Source: Octopus vulgaris
Lineage: Eukaryota
Assembly (NCBI GenBank): GCA_951406725.2
Contig: OX597825.1
Coordinates: 15,996,001 to 16,060,000 of the forward strand
Direction of reading: 5' to 3'
DNA: 64,000 nt
Each line of letters opens with the position of its first letter. Position 1 is the stretch's first letter. The position numbers and the translations under genes were made by a program. The notes under the pieces are model-generated. The model was not told the DNA's origin. It searched no databases and saw nothing but the letters and a program-made list of their open reading frames with translations. Shown piece after piece: positions 1 to 11,808 of this stretch.

Positions 1-4
1 CGTC

Positions 5-134
5 CTAACGCAATTTGCTTGTAATTCTTCCTTCCTTGTAGTCTGCTAGTCTGTTCCATGCCGTATCGTTTCCTGTTGAAGAATCTAGTATGAACTGAAT
101 ACCAGATATTCCCAATATTGTCACCGTTCCAGCG
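5..134 (-). other. possible orphan terminal coding exon
   Basis: Minus strand has an acceptor-like ...ttgcagtcttttcag| followed by an open frame AGTVTILGISGIQFILDSSTGNDTAWNRLADYKEGRITSKLR*. Non-repetitive sequence; no recognisable homology. Confidence 0.2.
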
Positions 135-623
135 CTGAAAAGACTGCAATAGCAATGTAGAAATGTAGACTGCAACAAGGAATGCAACCACCTCCACCAC
201 TGCTGTTACCATTATCGTTGTGGTTCTATTACAGCACTTAGAACTCGGCTGCTACACTATCGCTACACTGCCAAGCTGCTGCAATCAGTCAGTATCGCCA
301 TATTTCCATGCTATATAATCAATAGCACCTCTTTACACTTCGACGAATAACAGTGCATGCAACACTTCTACATTGAAACTACACTGCCACGCGAGGAACA
401 AGGCTACTTTGCTTCTCTACAAACGATAGTGTAGTACTGTGATATGTGTACACTGTCACATAAAAATCCAAAGTCTATCTTGTTTCTGCAAACGCAAATC
501 TAGCATTGTGATATTTCTACACTGGAACTACACTGCCATATATATATTAATTAACACTTCGTATATTTCTGTAACATCATAATACATCGCTGTAACACTT
601 CTGTGCCGGAAACTTACAGTAAT

Positions 624-926
624 TGGCGAAGGTAAAAAATACGAACACCCGGTTTTTAGGGTTTAGGGCGAAATGCTTAGCAGTATTTCGTCTGCCGCTA
701 CGTTCTGAGTTCAAATTCCGCCGAGGTCGACTTTGCCTTTCATCCTTTCGGGGTCGATAAATTAAGTACCAGTTACGCATTGGGGTCGATGTAATCGACT
801 TAATACCTATGTCTGTCCTTGTTTGTCCCCTCTATGTTTAGCCCCTTGTGAGTAGTAAAGAAATAGGTATTTAGGGTTTAGGGCTACGCGGTAAACGGGT
901 GGTCTGCGTATTCTTTACCTCCGCCA
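624..926. mobile_element. small TIR element (MITE) interrupted by a family B SINE
   Basis: TIRs tggcgaaggtaaaaaatacg / cgtattctttacctccgcca. Internal tttagggtttagggc is duplicated on both sides of the inserted SINE. Confidence 0.6.
668..866 (+). mobile_element. SINE family B (tRNA-derived, MetaSINE-like core), 5'-truncated
   Basis: B-box-like gagttcaaattcc, core gcctttcatcctttcggggtcgataaattaagtaccag, tail ending aaagaaata. Flanked by a ggt(t/a)tttagggtttagggc direct repeat. The Meta-domain assignment is from memory. Confidence 0.85.
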
Positions 927-1005
927 CAGATATATAAACATCGACGTATACCTATAACATCTCTCTCATTAGTACAACTCGTAGCATCACTCATATACTA
1001 AATCC

Positions 1006-1453
1006 GGTCAAACTAAAGCATTTGACCCGAGCAAAAAAAAAAAAAAAGTATAATAGGTGTACAGCAACATGTAGTAAACGAATATGAAAAAAAAAAAAGA
1101 TGCGCCCTGGCGAACGAATTGGGGGAGACGACTTGGAAAATTCACACGATCAATCTCACAGGATCCGAAAACTCAACGTTAACACCTGGTCACAAAAATA
1201 ATAAAAAAAAAAAACAATAGTGTACTGGGTGTAAAATAATGTGTAATAAACGAATAACAAGAAAAAATTTTTTTCATCGACAGACCAGGAAGTGGTGAGA
1301 GGACTCGGAACATTCCCGATGTGAATTTTCCGAGTCCTCTCCCCCGCCAACCCCCGTTCGCCAGCGCCTATTTTTTTTCATATTCGTTTACCACATGTTG
1401 TTGTACACCTATTGCACTATTTTTTTTTCTTCTTTTTGCTCGGGTCAAACGCC
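1006..1453. mobile_element. MITE with ~130-bp inverted arms, GG...CC ends and 8-bp TSD
   Basis: Arms ~1019-1147 and ~1319-1452 are reverse complements. ctaaatcc at 998-1005 and 1454-1461. Confidence 0.75.
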
Positions 1454-1741
1454 CTAAATCCATAAGCAAAACCTCTACACTTAATTTATACAGCTACACT
1501 TAATTTACACTTAATAAACTATCAAACTGCACCACATTACATCGCTCTAACACTTCCATTCTGAAACTACACTGCTACACAAAGAACGGTGGTGTATCTT
1601 AAGTATTTGCTGTCCCACCTCTCCTGGGAACCCTTAAACCTATACAAGCTTATACACTAGACCCCAAAATGCCACCCAGTGTCAACTTAAGGCATTGGCA
1701 TACCGAAAAGTCTTTTGGAGGTCCTATGCGTCTGTCTAGAG

Positions 1742-1942
1742 CAGTGGTTTTCAACCAGGGTTCCGCCAGTACAGTCCAGGGGTTCCGCAAGAAGTTACAA
1801 CACTGCTAAAATCAGCCGTAATTTTTAATTCTCCTGTGCAGATATGTGTGCATAAAACTATTAAATTATTGCACAGGGGTTCCTCGAGCCAGTGGAATAT
1901 TTCCTTGGGGTTCCGCTCCAGCAAAAATTTTGAAAAGCACTG
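1742..1942. mobile_element. hAT (Charlie-like) MITE
   Basis: TIR cagtggttttcaa / ttgaaaagcactg. Exact 8-bp TSD gtctagag (1734-1741, 1943-1950), matching the NTCTAGAN preference of Charlie-type hATs. Confidence 0.9.
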
Positions 1943-2474
1943 GTCTAGAGGCCCTGTCTACGCTATGGCTTGCTATCCATAAATATTATAAGTCCCAGTG
2001 CAATTTTTTGTCCGGAAGTCTTATAATGCTGTTATGACAGCCCTGGTGCTACCCCCATAAAAGCGTAGCCCGGAGCCGCCCGCTGCCCTCGTTCAAACTT
2101 CAGCTATGCTACGGCACAAGAATCGATAGCACCACATTTTCATAATATCGAACACTATATTATAAATAATTTTATAATAAATTACTATAGCTACTCTCCC
2201 ATCTTTCCAGACTATGAAATAAATATGTCTAAAACCATAGTAACTATATCTAAAAATATAATAAAAAGATTAAATATTCCTACAGCGTAACGACCATTAA
2301 GTTATCGAATTGGTCGAATCGATAGAGCTTTGGGAATTCGTTCTCGCTCTGAGTTCAAAATTTACGAAGGTAAATTTTGCCTTTCGTCCCTATAGGTCAA
2401 TAAATAAGCACCAGTCCCGTACTAGAAGTCGATTCATCCCTTTTTCTATAGTTTAACCCATGTCACATTATATA

Positions 2475-2886
2475 TTTCTTTATTGCCCACAAGGAGCTAA
2501 ACATAGAGGGGACAAACAAGGACAGACAAAGGGATTAAGTCGATTACAACGACCCCAGTGCGTAACGGGTACTTAATTTATCGACCCCGAAACGATGAAA
2601 GGCAAAGTCGACCTCGGCGGAATTTGAACTCAGAATGTAGCGGCAGACGAAATACCTATTTCTTTATTACCCACAAGGAGCTAAACACAGAGGGGACAAA
2701 CTAGGACAGACATAGGTATTAAGTCGATTACAACGACCCCAGTGCATAACTGGTACTTAATTTATCGACCCCGAAAGGATGAAAGGCAAAGTCGACCTCG
2801 GCGGAATTTGAACTCACAACGTAACGCAGACGAAATACCGCTAAGCATTTCACCCGACGTGCTAACGATTCTGCCAGCTCGCCGCC
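2475..2886 (-). mobile_element. SINE family B head-to-tail dimer
   Basis: Two ~184-bp units joined at aaagaaata|ggtatttc (minus strand); tRNA-like head at the right end. Confidence 0.85.
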
Positions 2887-3008
2887 CATGTCAAATTATA
2901 TCATGCTGGTTCGGCGTGAAGATTGCGTTGCTTTAAAGGAGGGTACACGTGTCTATAGACTACTAATTTGCTAAGTAGCTTCAGTAAAGTCAAATAATTA
3001 AATGCTTG

Positions 3009-3455
3009 GGATCTTTTCAGTTTGAACGGCAGTTTTTTCTAGCGGTGTCATATGAAATTGTCACCCATAATTATGACCCTAGTATCGATCTATTGCATTT
3101 CAATCTGTTTTAGGGTTAGGGTTAGTTAGGGTTAGGGTTAGGTTAGGGGTGGGGGGAAGGGTATCTTTTTTTCTTCACAAATGTAAATAAACTCAATCTG
3201 TTTCTTAAACGAGGGACATATTCATACGGCACAGAATGGGGTTTTTCTTTTACCTCAATAGACGTAATTGATTGGTTGAAATTGCAGAAATTGAAGAAGA
3301 AAAAACAACAAATATCTTTACAAACTATAGAATTTTCTCAATAAAGCCAAGAGAAAAAGATGTTTTATAAACACATCCTACCAGTAAACGAAGTTTAAAA
3401 GTGTTTAGTTACCTAGAAATTATGTTAAAAACTGCCGTTCAAACCGAAAATATCC
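3009..3455. mobile_element. GG..CC-ended MITE with internal (TTAGGG)-like repeats, copy 1
   Basis: TIR ggatcttttcagtttgaacggcagtttt / aaaactgccgttcaaaccgaaaatatcc. 9-bp TSD aaatgcttg (3000-3008, 3456-3464). Confidence 0.88.
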
Positions 3456-3867
3456 AAATGCTTGGTGTAAAAACCGTCAGAGAATTTGAAACCTAAATGA
3501 ACATTACCTTATCTTAACATATTACAACATTCAATGTCATTAACCGGTATAATCGCCAGCCATTGCAATTAACACTACCAAAGGAATCTCATTTGCTGCT
3601 TAAGTTGTCTATTTAGCTCCTGATGTGCGCTCTAATTAAGCAGATGTTTTATGAAAAGCATTCTAATCTTTATTACCCCGTTTTTTCTTTCTATACCTAA
3701 CACTATTACGTGATATTTTATTTGTAATGAGTACGTAGTTAGAAGAAAATGTGGTTGCTATTTCTAGCATGTAGAACGTCCACCTCGAGATATTCTTTGA
3801 ATTGGTCAAGAGCATTACAGCTATTAATACTATTGTACGAGCTTTACCTTTTGACAAAAAATTATTT

Positions 3868-4288
3868 GGATCTTTTCGGTTTGAACGGCAGTTTTTTCTA
3901 GCGGTGTCATATGAAATTATCACCCATAATTGTGACCCTAGTATCGATCTATTGCATTTCAATCTGTTTTAGGGTTAGTTAGGGTTAGGGGTGGGGGGAA
4001 GGGTATCGTTTTTTTTCTTCACAAATGTAAATAAACCCAGTCTGTTTTTTAAACGAGGGACATATTCATACGGCACAATGTTTTCACCTCTATAGACGTC
4101 ATTGATTGGTTGAAATTGTAGAAATTGCAGGAAAAAACAACAAATATCTTTACAAACTATAGAATTTTCTCAATAAAGCCAAGAGAAAAAGATGTTTTAT
4201 AAACACATTCTACCAGTACACGAAATTTAAAAGTGTTTAGTTACGTGGAAATTATTTTTAAAAACTGCCGTTCAAACCGAAAAGATCC
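3868..4288. mobile_element. same MITE family, copy 2
   Basis: Highly similar to 3009-3455 with the same TIRs. 8-bp TSD aattattt (3860-3867, 4289-4296). Confidence 0.88.
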
Positions 4289-4329
4289 AATTATTTTTTT
4301 AATTTGTAGGTCAAAAGCTAAAGATCCTT

Positions 4330-5330
4330 ATTCTACTGTAGCCAATAATACTACAGTAAAGCTGTTAACACTGTATCCAACACTAATACACTTATTAACA
4401 CTGCCTTACTGTCGTCAACACTACGTTACTGTCGTCAACACTGCTGTATTGCATCCGACACTTACATTGCAGTTATTAGTATTACTATACTGTAAACAGC
4501 TGTGTATTACGGCTGTTAGCTCTACTGCCGCCAACACTACATTACAACTGTTAACACTATTATACTATAACCAACACTACATTATTGAAACCAACACTAT
4601 CATGCTGTAACCAACACTATTGTATTGCCACTAGTATTATTGTCCTGCAACCAGCACTATTATACTGCAACCAACACTATTATAATGCAACCAATACTAT
4701 CATCCTGCGACCAGCACTGCTGTGCTACAACCAGCACTATTGTGCTGCAACCAACACTATCATGCTGCAACCAACACTATTGTACAGCAGCCAAACCTGT
4801 CAATTGCAAACAACACTATCATACTGCAACCAACACTATTGTATTGCAACCAACATTATTGTCCTGCGACCAGCATTATCATCCTGCAACCAACACTATT
4901 GTACTGCAACCAAACCTGTCAATTGCAAACAACACTATCAGACTGCAATCAACATTATTGTATTGCAATCAACATTATTGTCCTGCGACCAGCATTATTA
5001 TAATGCAACCAACACTATCATCCTGCAACCAACACTATTGTACTGCAGCCAAGACTGTCAATTGTAAACAACACTGTCATACTGCAACCAACACTATTGT
5101 ATTGCAATCAACATTGTTTTCCTGCAACCAACACTATCGTCCTGTGACTAGCGCTATTGCACTGCAACCAAGACTCAATTGCAAACAATACTGTCATACT
5201 ACAGACAATACAGTCATCCTGCAACTAATACTATCAACTTGTAACCAACACTATCATACTGCAACCAACACTATCACACAGCAGTCAGCACTATCATCCT
5301 GCAACCAATTCTGTAACAATGCAACACTCT
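4330..5330. repeat. degenerate ~20-bp minisatellite (caaccaacactat[c/t][a/g]tactg)
   Basis: Unit is clearest at 4570-5300. A variant unit tcaattg(c/t)aaacaa recurs every ~120-140 bp. Confidence 0.85.
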
Positions 5331-5963
5331 TCCCATGGGCCCTCAACTCCTTGATGAAGTCATAGGGGCTCTGTCATGAAACGGCATATCTTGGACATTT
5401 TTAGACAAGGTGGAGCTCATACAGTCTCCAGGTCTGACCACAGGTGGTTTCTCCCAGAAAAAGAGATAGAGGAAAAGGGTGATGGGAAGACAAGTACCAG
5501 TTCAGGACTGATGTTTATCACCTCTAAATGGTTGGAAGGTAAAGTAAGCCTTAGCAGAATTCGAACACGTGACACAGAGGATGGGAATGAAAATTATGGC
5601 CATCCATACATACAGTTAAATTGCAGCCATCCATACATAGAGGTATGTCCTATGTGGCCATTCCCCCACTGACCTTCTCAATTGAGAGGTTTTTGTCTTG
5701 CAGTTGCTGGTGTCACATAAAATGCACTCATGCCAGTGCTACAGAAAATGCACAAGCGCTGCATATATGCATATAGTTGCAGGTATGGCTGTGTGGATAT
5801 AGGCACAGGCATGGCTGTGTGGTAAGAAGCTTGGTTCCCAACCACATGATTCCAGGTTCAGTATCACAGTGTGGCACCTTGGTTAAGTGTGTTCACTATA
5901 GGGTTGGGTTGACCAAAGCCTTGTGAGTGGATTTGGTTGACAGAAACTGAAAGAAGCCCGTTG

Positions 5964-6026
<63 letters not shown>

Positions 6027-6146
6027 AAAAGATATATATATAAAAAAATACAAAATGGGACAAGAACGCAAAACACTCAAATAGACGACACAAAAAACGG
6101 ACGGGTCATTCGAAGCCTCTAATCTTCAGACAAGAACTGGAATATC

Positions 6147-6226
<80 letters not shown>

Positions 6227-6580
6227 CTTTGGGTTTGTGTTTGTACCCCACCATCACTTGACAACCGATGTTGGTGTCTTTACGACCCCGTAACTTAGCG
6301 GTTCAGCAAAAATGACCAGTAGAATAAGTGATAGTCTTACAAAGAATAAGTGCTGGGATCGATTTGTTTGACTAAAAAAAAACCCTTTAAGGCGGTGCTC
6401 CAGCATGGCCTCAGTCAAATGACTGAAACATGTAAAAAAAAATAAAAGAACAAAAGAATGCATAACTGTGTCAGGCTTCCTTCAGTTTCCATCGAAATTG
6501 AGTCACAAATATTGGTCAGTCTGGTACCATAACAGAAAACACTTTAGTTCATCTTGCTCCTGTCCACGTAATCTTGTCAC

Positions 6581-6902
6581 CAGCATTTCTCAACCGGGGT
6601 TACCCAGAACCCTAGGGTTCCGCAAAAGGTTCCTATGGGTTCCACGAGAAAGAGTGATATAAGCTAATGCTAACTTCATGATCGTAATATTACTATACAT
6701 GCACATCATATTATTGGTTATTGTAATATTGTAATATGGAGTGGCTGTGTGGTAAGTAGCTTGCTTACCAACCACATGGTTCCGGGTTCAGTCCCACTGC
6801 GTGGCATCTTGGGCAAGTGTCTTCTGCTATAGCCCCGGGCCGACCAATGCATTGTGAGTGGATTTGGTAGACGGAAACTGAAAGAAGCCTGTCGTATATA
6901 TG

Positions 6903-6933
<31 letters not shown>

Positions 6934-7220
6934 ATGTGTGTGTGTGTATATGTTTGTGTGTCTGTGTTTGTCCGCCTAGCATTGCTTGACAACCGATGCT
7001 GGTGTGTTTACGTCCCCGTCACTTAGCGGTTCGGCAAAACAGACCGGTAGAATAAGTACTGGGCTTACAAAGAATAAGTCCTGGGGTCGATCTGCTCGAC
7101 TAAAGGCGGTGCTCCAGCATGGCCGCAGTCAAATGACTGAAACAAGTAAAAAGAGTTTCCTTGAGACATGTAATTTATTTTAAGGGTTACGCAAGGGTAA
7201 GAAGGTTGAGTAACACACTG
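6581..7220. mobile_element. degenerate hAT-like MITE split by a family A SINE
   Basis: Ends cagcatttctcaacc / ggttgagtaacacactg with gggttcc subterminal motifs like those in 1742-1942. No clean TSD. Confidence 0.5.
6738..7155 (+). mobile_element. SINE family A (tRNA-like head, internal (TA)n(TG)n, tail gaaacaagtaaaagag)
   Basis: Head ggagtggctgtgtggtaagtagcttgc...ggttccgggttcagtccc. About 30 full or partial copies in the window; partials include 5780-6440, 8040-8240, 9460-9660, 10340-10510, 26170-26600, 30855-31020, 37470-37690, 38575-38755, 50677-50835, 51580-52250, 54362-54550, 55922-56265. Confidence 0.9.
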
Positions 7221-8257
7221 CTTGCTTCATTCCGTGTCCTGCTGAATCTCCCCGGGAACTGCACTAAGAGTACGTTTGTCTGTGGAGCGCTCAGCCACTT
7301 GCATGTCGTTGATTTAAACAAGCAGGCTGTTCTGTTGATTGGATTGGACCGACTCGAACATTTATTGTCACAACCGACAGCGCCAGCTTTTAGCTGGCTG
7401 TAAATAACTAAAGATGAAAGATATAGGTGCATATATATATCAGTGTGTACGCATGTGTATATATGAGGTTATTTATGCTGTGTATGTTTAACTATGTTTA
7501 ACTACACGACAACCATCAATCATAGTTCAGGATGGTTTGCTGTCCACCTCTGTGTGTATGTACGTGTGTGTATGTGTGTTCATTTATGTGTGATTTATTT
7601 TCACGTTCACGTATTAGTAACAGTAAATATGTTTGTGTATGTATATGCATATTATATAAATATTCATGTGCACGTATGCGTATCACGTATTTGTCTTTTG
7701 CGTTAGTCGGTTTCTTCACAGGCAATTATGTATACGTTTGCCATGCGAGGAGAGAATGCAGTCGTACGTAGTCAGGCTAAAAATAGCAACGGTTGACAAT
7801 GTTTTCCTGCATAAGGACGAGAATGGTGAAAAATGTAATGGTTAATTTGTACAGTACATATGTATCTTGTCTCGATGTGAATTGAGTAGCTGAAGCTGGA
7901 TGGATGGATGGATGGATGGGTGGGTGGTTGGTTGGACAGACAGGTGGTTGTACGGAGTGAATGAGATGGAGACGGGTGAATATGCAAAAAAAAAAAATAA
8001 AAAAACATATGGAGATGAATAGGTCTTTCGCCTTTCATCTTTTTCGTGTCTCAGTCATTTGACTGCGGCCAAGCTGGGGCACCCCTTTGTAGAAATTTAG
8101 TTGAATAAAATTGCTAGCAGTACCTACTTTTTTTTAAAGCCTGGTATTTATTTTATCAGTCTCTCTTGCCGAACTGCTAAGTTACGAGGACGTAGACACA
8201 TCGACAGTGGTTGTCAAATGGTGGATGGGGGAGAGGGGGACAAACTCAGACATATAT

Positions 8258-8660
8258 CGCAGGAGTGGCTGTGTGGTAAGTAGCTTGCTTACCAACCACA
8301 TGGTTCCGGGTTCAGTCCCACTGCGTGGCACCTTGGGCAAGTGTCTTCTACTAGAGCCTCGGGCCGACCAAAGCCTTGTGAGTGGATTTGGTAGACAGAA
8401 ACTGAAAGAAGCCCGTCCTATATATGTATATATATGTATATGTATGTGTGTATATGTTTGTGTGTCTGTGTTTATCCCCCCAATATCGCTTGACAACCAA
8501 TGGTGGTGTGTTTACGTCCCCATAACTTAGCGGTTCGGCAAAAGAGACCGATAGAATGAGTACTAGGCTTATAAAGAATAAGTACTGGGGTGGATTTGGT
8601 CGACTAAAGGCGATGCTCCAGCATGGCCACAGTCACATGACTGAAGCAAGTAAAAGAGTG
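8258..8660 (+). mobile_element. SINE family A
   Basis: Full-length match to 6738-7155. Confidence 0.9.
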
Positions 8661-8800
8661 TACTGTAGATGAGTAAACAAGGAATCACATATACTGTATA
8701 GAGAATGAATCTTGGGAGGCGAGTATGTGGTGCTGTTTTGCATTTATAATAAAATAAATATATACAAATTATAAAAATAATTAAAAAATTATATACAGTA

Positions 8801-9225
8801 CAGGCGCAGGAGTGGCTGTGTGGTAAGTAGCTTGCTAACCAACCACATGATTCCGGGTTCAGTCCCACTGCGTGGCATCTTGGGCAAGTGTCTTCTACTA
8901 TAGCCTCAGGCCGACCAATGCCTTGTGAGTGGATTTGGTAGACGGAAACTGAAAGAAGCCTGTCATATATATGTATATATATGTATATGTATGCATGTGT
9001 ATGTGTTTGTGTGTCTGTGTTTGTCCCCCTAGCATTGCTTGACAACCAATGCTGGTGTGTTTATGTCCCCGTCACATTAGCGGTTCGCCAAAAGAGACCG
9101 ATAGAATAAGTACTGGGCTTACAAAGAATAAGTCCCGGGGTCGATTTGCTCGATTAAAGGCGGTACTCCAGCATGGCCGCAGTCAAATGACTGAAACATG
9201 TAAAAGAGTGAAAGAGTAAAGAGAG
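8801..9225 (+). mobile_element. SINE family A inserted in a Tigger/pogo-like remnant
   Basis: Full-length copy with tacagta on both flanks. 9240-9310 resembles a Tigger-type terminus (ggattttcacctatcg...gtaacacctgcaatagtcgaggga). Confidence 0.85.
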
Positions 9226-9691
9226 TACAGTATTGTTTCTACTTCATGGATTTTCACCTATCGTGGGGAGTTTTGGAATGTAACACCTGCAATAGTCGAG
9301 GGATTGAAGTGACACAATGATCTCTGCTTACAATGCTAGGAAGAAGTTACAAATTATGCTGGCTGGTTGTGAGTCTGCAGTGTTCTCAGCTATGATTGGT
9401 CAGCCTTGATCTTTTGAATGCTATTTATTCATCACTGTTCTATCACAATTCCTTATGTATGTGTGTGTCTGTGTTTATCTCCTCACCATCGCTTGACAAC
9501 CGATGTTGGTGTGTTTATGTCCCCATGACTTAGCAGTGTGGCAAAAGAAAGTGATAAAATAAGTTCTAGGCTTACAAAGAATAAGTTCTAGGGTCGATTT
9601 GTTAGACTAAAGGTGCTGCTCCAGCATGGCAACAGTCAAAATGACAGAAACAAGTAAAAGCGTATATATATATATATATATATACCTTATT

Positions 9692-10034
9692 TACATTATT
9701 TTCATTTGATGGATATTTGTCCTCATCTTGTTAGTTGTTAACACAACATTTTGGCTGATATACCCTCCAGCCTTCATCAGGTGTCTTGGGGCATATGGCA
9801 TAGTGGCTAAGAGCGCAGGCTACTAAACCCAAGATTCCAAGTTCAATTCCAGACAGTGACCTGTATAATAATAACATTGAAAAATACCTTAGGAATGAGA
9901 ACTCAGACTCGAAAATTCCCCTAGACACCTGAAGAAGGCTGGAGGGTATATCAGCCGAAACATTGTGTTAACAACAAACAAGATGAGGACAAATATCTGT
10001 CAAATGTAAGTAATGTACATAATTCCTCATCTTG
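9692..10034 (+). mobile_element. tRNA-headed element with a Penelope-type hammerhead-bearing 3' repeat and an inverted 5' copy
   Basis: 9692-9791 is the reverse complement of 9918-10017. Between them lie an A box tggcatagtgg (9796-9806), a B box gttcaattcc (9841-9850) and an (AAT)n linker. Confidence 0.7.
9924..9969 (+). ncRNA. minimal type I hammerhead ribozyme motif (degenerate)
   Basis: gacac-CUGAAGA-a-ggcug[loop]cagcc-GAAAC-AUU-guguu; the G of GUU is mutated relative to 56424-56469. A decayed inverted copy lies at 9740-9785 (-). Confidence 0.65.
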
Positions 10035-10035
10035 T

Positions 10036-10231
10036 GTACCGTTGGCGATTTTTTTTCCTCTGTCTTCCCTTCTCTGGATCTTTCCTTCTCCTATGTTTCC
10101 GACGAAGAGCTCTGCTCGAAACGTTAAACCCTCCTTCTTTCCTTCTTTCCTTCTTTCCTGAGCGTCCAATAATACTATATTTGTTCCACGTCCTCGCGTT
10201 GTTCTGTTTTTGTGTGCTTTCTTGTTTGGAT

Positions 10232-10235
<4 letters not shown>
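10036..10235 (+). mobile_element. second Penelope-type terminal repeat with hammerhead-like motif (10095-10129)
   Basis: guuu-CCGACGA-a-gagc[ucu]gcuc-GAAAC-GUU-aaac; the core carries U4C. Ends in a (TA)n tract. Confidence 0.6.
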
Positions 10236-10271
<36 letters not shown>

Positions 10272-10276
10272 CATAC

Positions 10277-10349
<73 letters not shown>

Positions 10350-11290
10350 TATGACAAGCTTCTTTCAGTTTCTGTCTACCAAATCCACTCAGAAGGCTTT
10401 GTTCAGCCTGGAGCAACATTAGAATGCACTTGGCCAAGATGTCACTCAGTGGGACTGAACCCAGAACCGTGAGGTTGGGAAGCCAGCATCTTATCATGCA
10501 TCCATGCCCGTATCTATGCCACGCATTGTTCTTTACCGAAGTCATCACAATAGGTCAAATCTTTACAAATGCACGTGAATACAATGTGCACCAGTTATAT
10601 GCAGATGCAGCAGTCAGCAGACAAAGGAACCGTAGTAGTACATTTGTATAAGATGTCTCAGCTACTGGAATGGCCATGCTTTTGGTTGGTTTGTAGTCAT
10701 TTACAGTAGATCCAGTCTTGTTTTGTAGTGTGGTATGAGACGGTAGGGGAGGGGTGGGTTTTGGGTGAGGGCAAGGTGCACTGTCTCTGTTTCTCTGTCT
10801 CTATTTTCTGTTGTTAACTGTCTGTCTGTGTACTCTTCTATTACACACTCTCTCTCTCTCTCATTCTCTCTCTCTCACTCTCTCTCTCTCACTCTCTCTC
10901 TCCTTCACTCTCTCTCTCTCTCTCTCGCACTCTCCCTCTCTCTCTCACCTCCCCCACCACCATCGTCATGCACATACATTAGGATCTTGAAGCAGTTCTG
11001 CTGCCTTTCGGATCCTGCCTCACTATCCAACCCATACCAGCATGCAAGACAGACATTAAATGATAATGATGATGACGATGGTGGTGGTGGTGGTGGTGGT
11101 GATGATGATGATGGTGGTGGTGATGACGACAACAATGGCATGATATCTTCTACCTTTGACTTGCTTCAGTTATTTGACTGTAGCCATGAAGAACTTTATT
11201 CACAAGGCTACGAACCACATGGTTCCGGGACTGAACCCGGAACCATGTGGTTTGTAAGCAAGCTACTTGCCACACAACCACTCCTATGCC

Positions 11291-11342
<52 letters not shown>

Positions 11343-11576
11343 GTGTGTGTGTGCAATCATGAAGAAGGTGAATAAGAAGCTTGCTTCCCAACTGTGTGGT
11401 CTTGAGATGAATCCCACTGCCTTGGGACCTTAGGCATATATAACCCCAGGCTGACCAAGGCCTTGTCTCTAGATTTTGTAGGTAGAAACTGGAAGAAGCC
11501 CACTGCATACATACATACAGGCATATATGTGTGTGTGTGTGTAGTGTGTCTATGTGGCGGTATTTGTATCTCTGTG

Positions 11577-11808
11577 AGGCGGCGAGCTGGCAGAAACGTT
11601 AGCACGCTGGGCGAAATGCGTAGCTGTATTTCATCTGCCGTTACGATCTGAGTTCAAATTCCACCGAGGTCGACTTTGCCTTTCATCCTTTCGGGGTCGA
11701 TTAAATAAGTACCAGTTACGCACTGGAGTCGATATAATCGACTTAATCCGTTTGTCTGTCCTTGTTTGTCCCCTCTGCGTATTGCCCCTTGTGGGTAGTA
11801 AAGAAATA
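11577..11808 (+). mobile_element. full-length SINE family B with 18-bp TSD
   Basis: Head ggcggcgagctggcagaaacg. ggtatttgtatctctgtg at 11559-11576 and 11809-11826. Confidence 0.92.

Noticed and set aside
577-780. recurrent ~63-aa [23 protein letters not shown] as a small-protein family
   Set aside because: Antisense translation of SINE B, disrupted in most copies.
3109-3148. true telomere or chromosome fusion site
   Set aside because: Short, degenerate, and internal to a MITE present twice.
4233-5365. Cys/Thr-rich ORFs (up to 246 aa) as a metallothionein- or mucin-like gene
   Set aside because: All three frames give the same shifted peptides because of a 20-bp unit; no splice or start context.
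5345-5400. hammerhead at ttgatgaag...gaaacgg
   Set aside because: No convincing stem I or II and no NUH triplet in register.
9788-9862. functional tRNA gene (also SINE A/B/C heads)
   Set aside because: A/B boxes are present but acceptor and anticodon stems do not pair properly; these are SINE heads.
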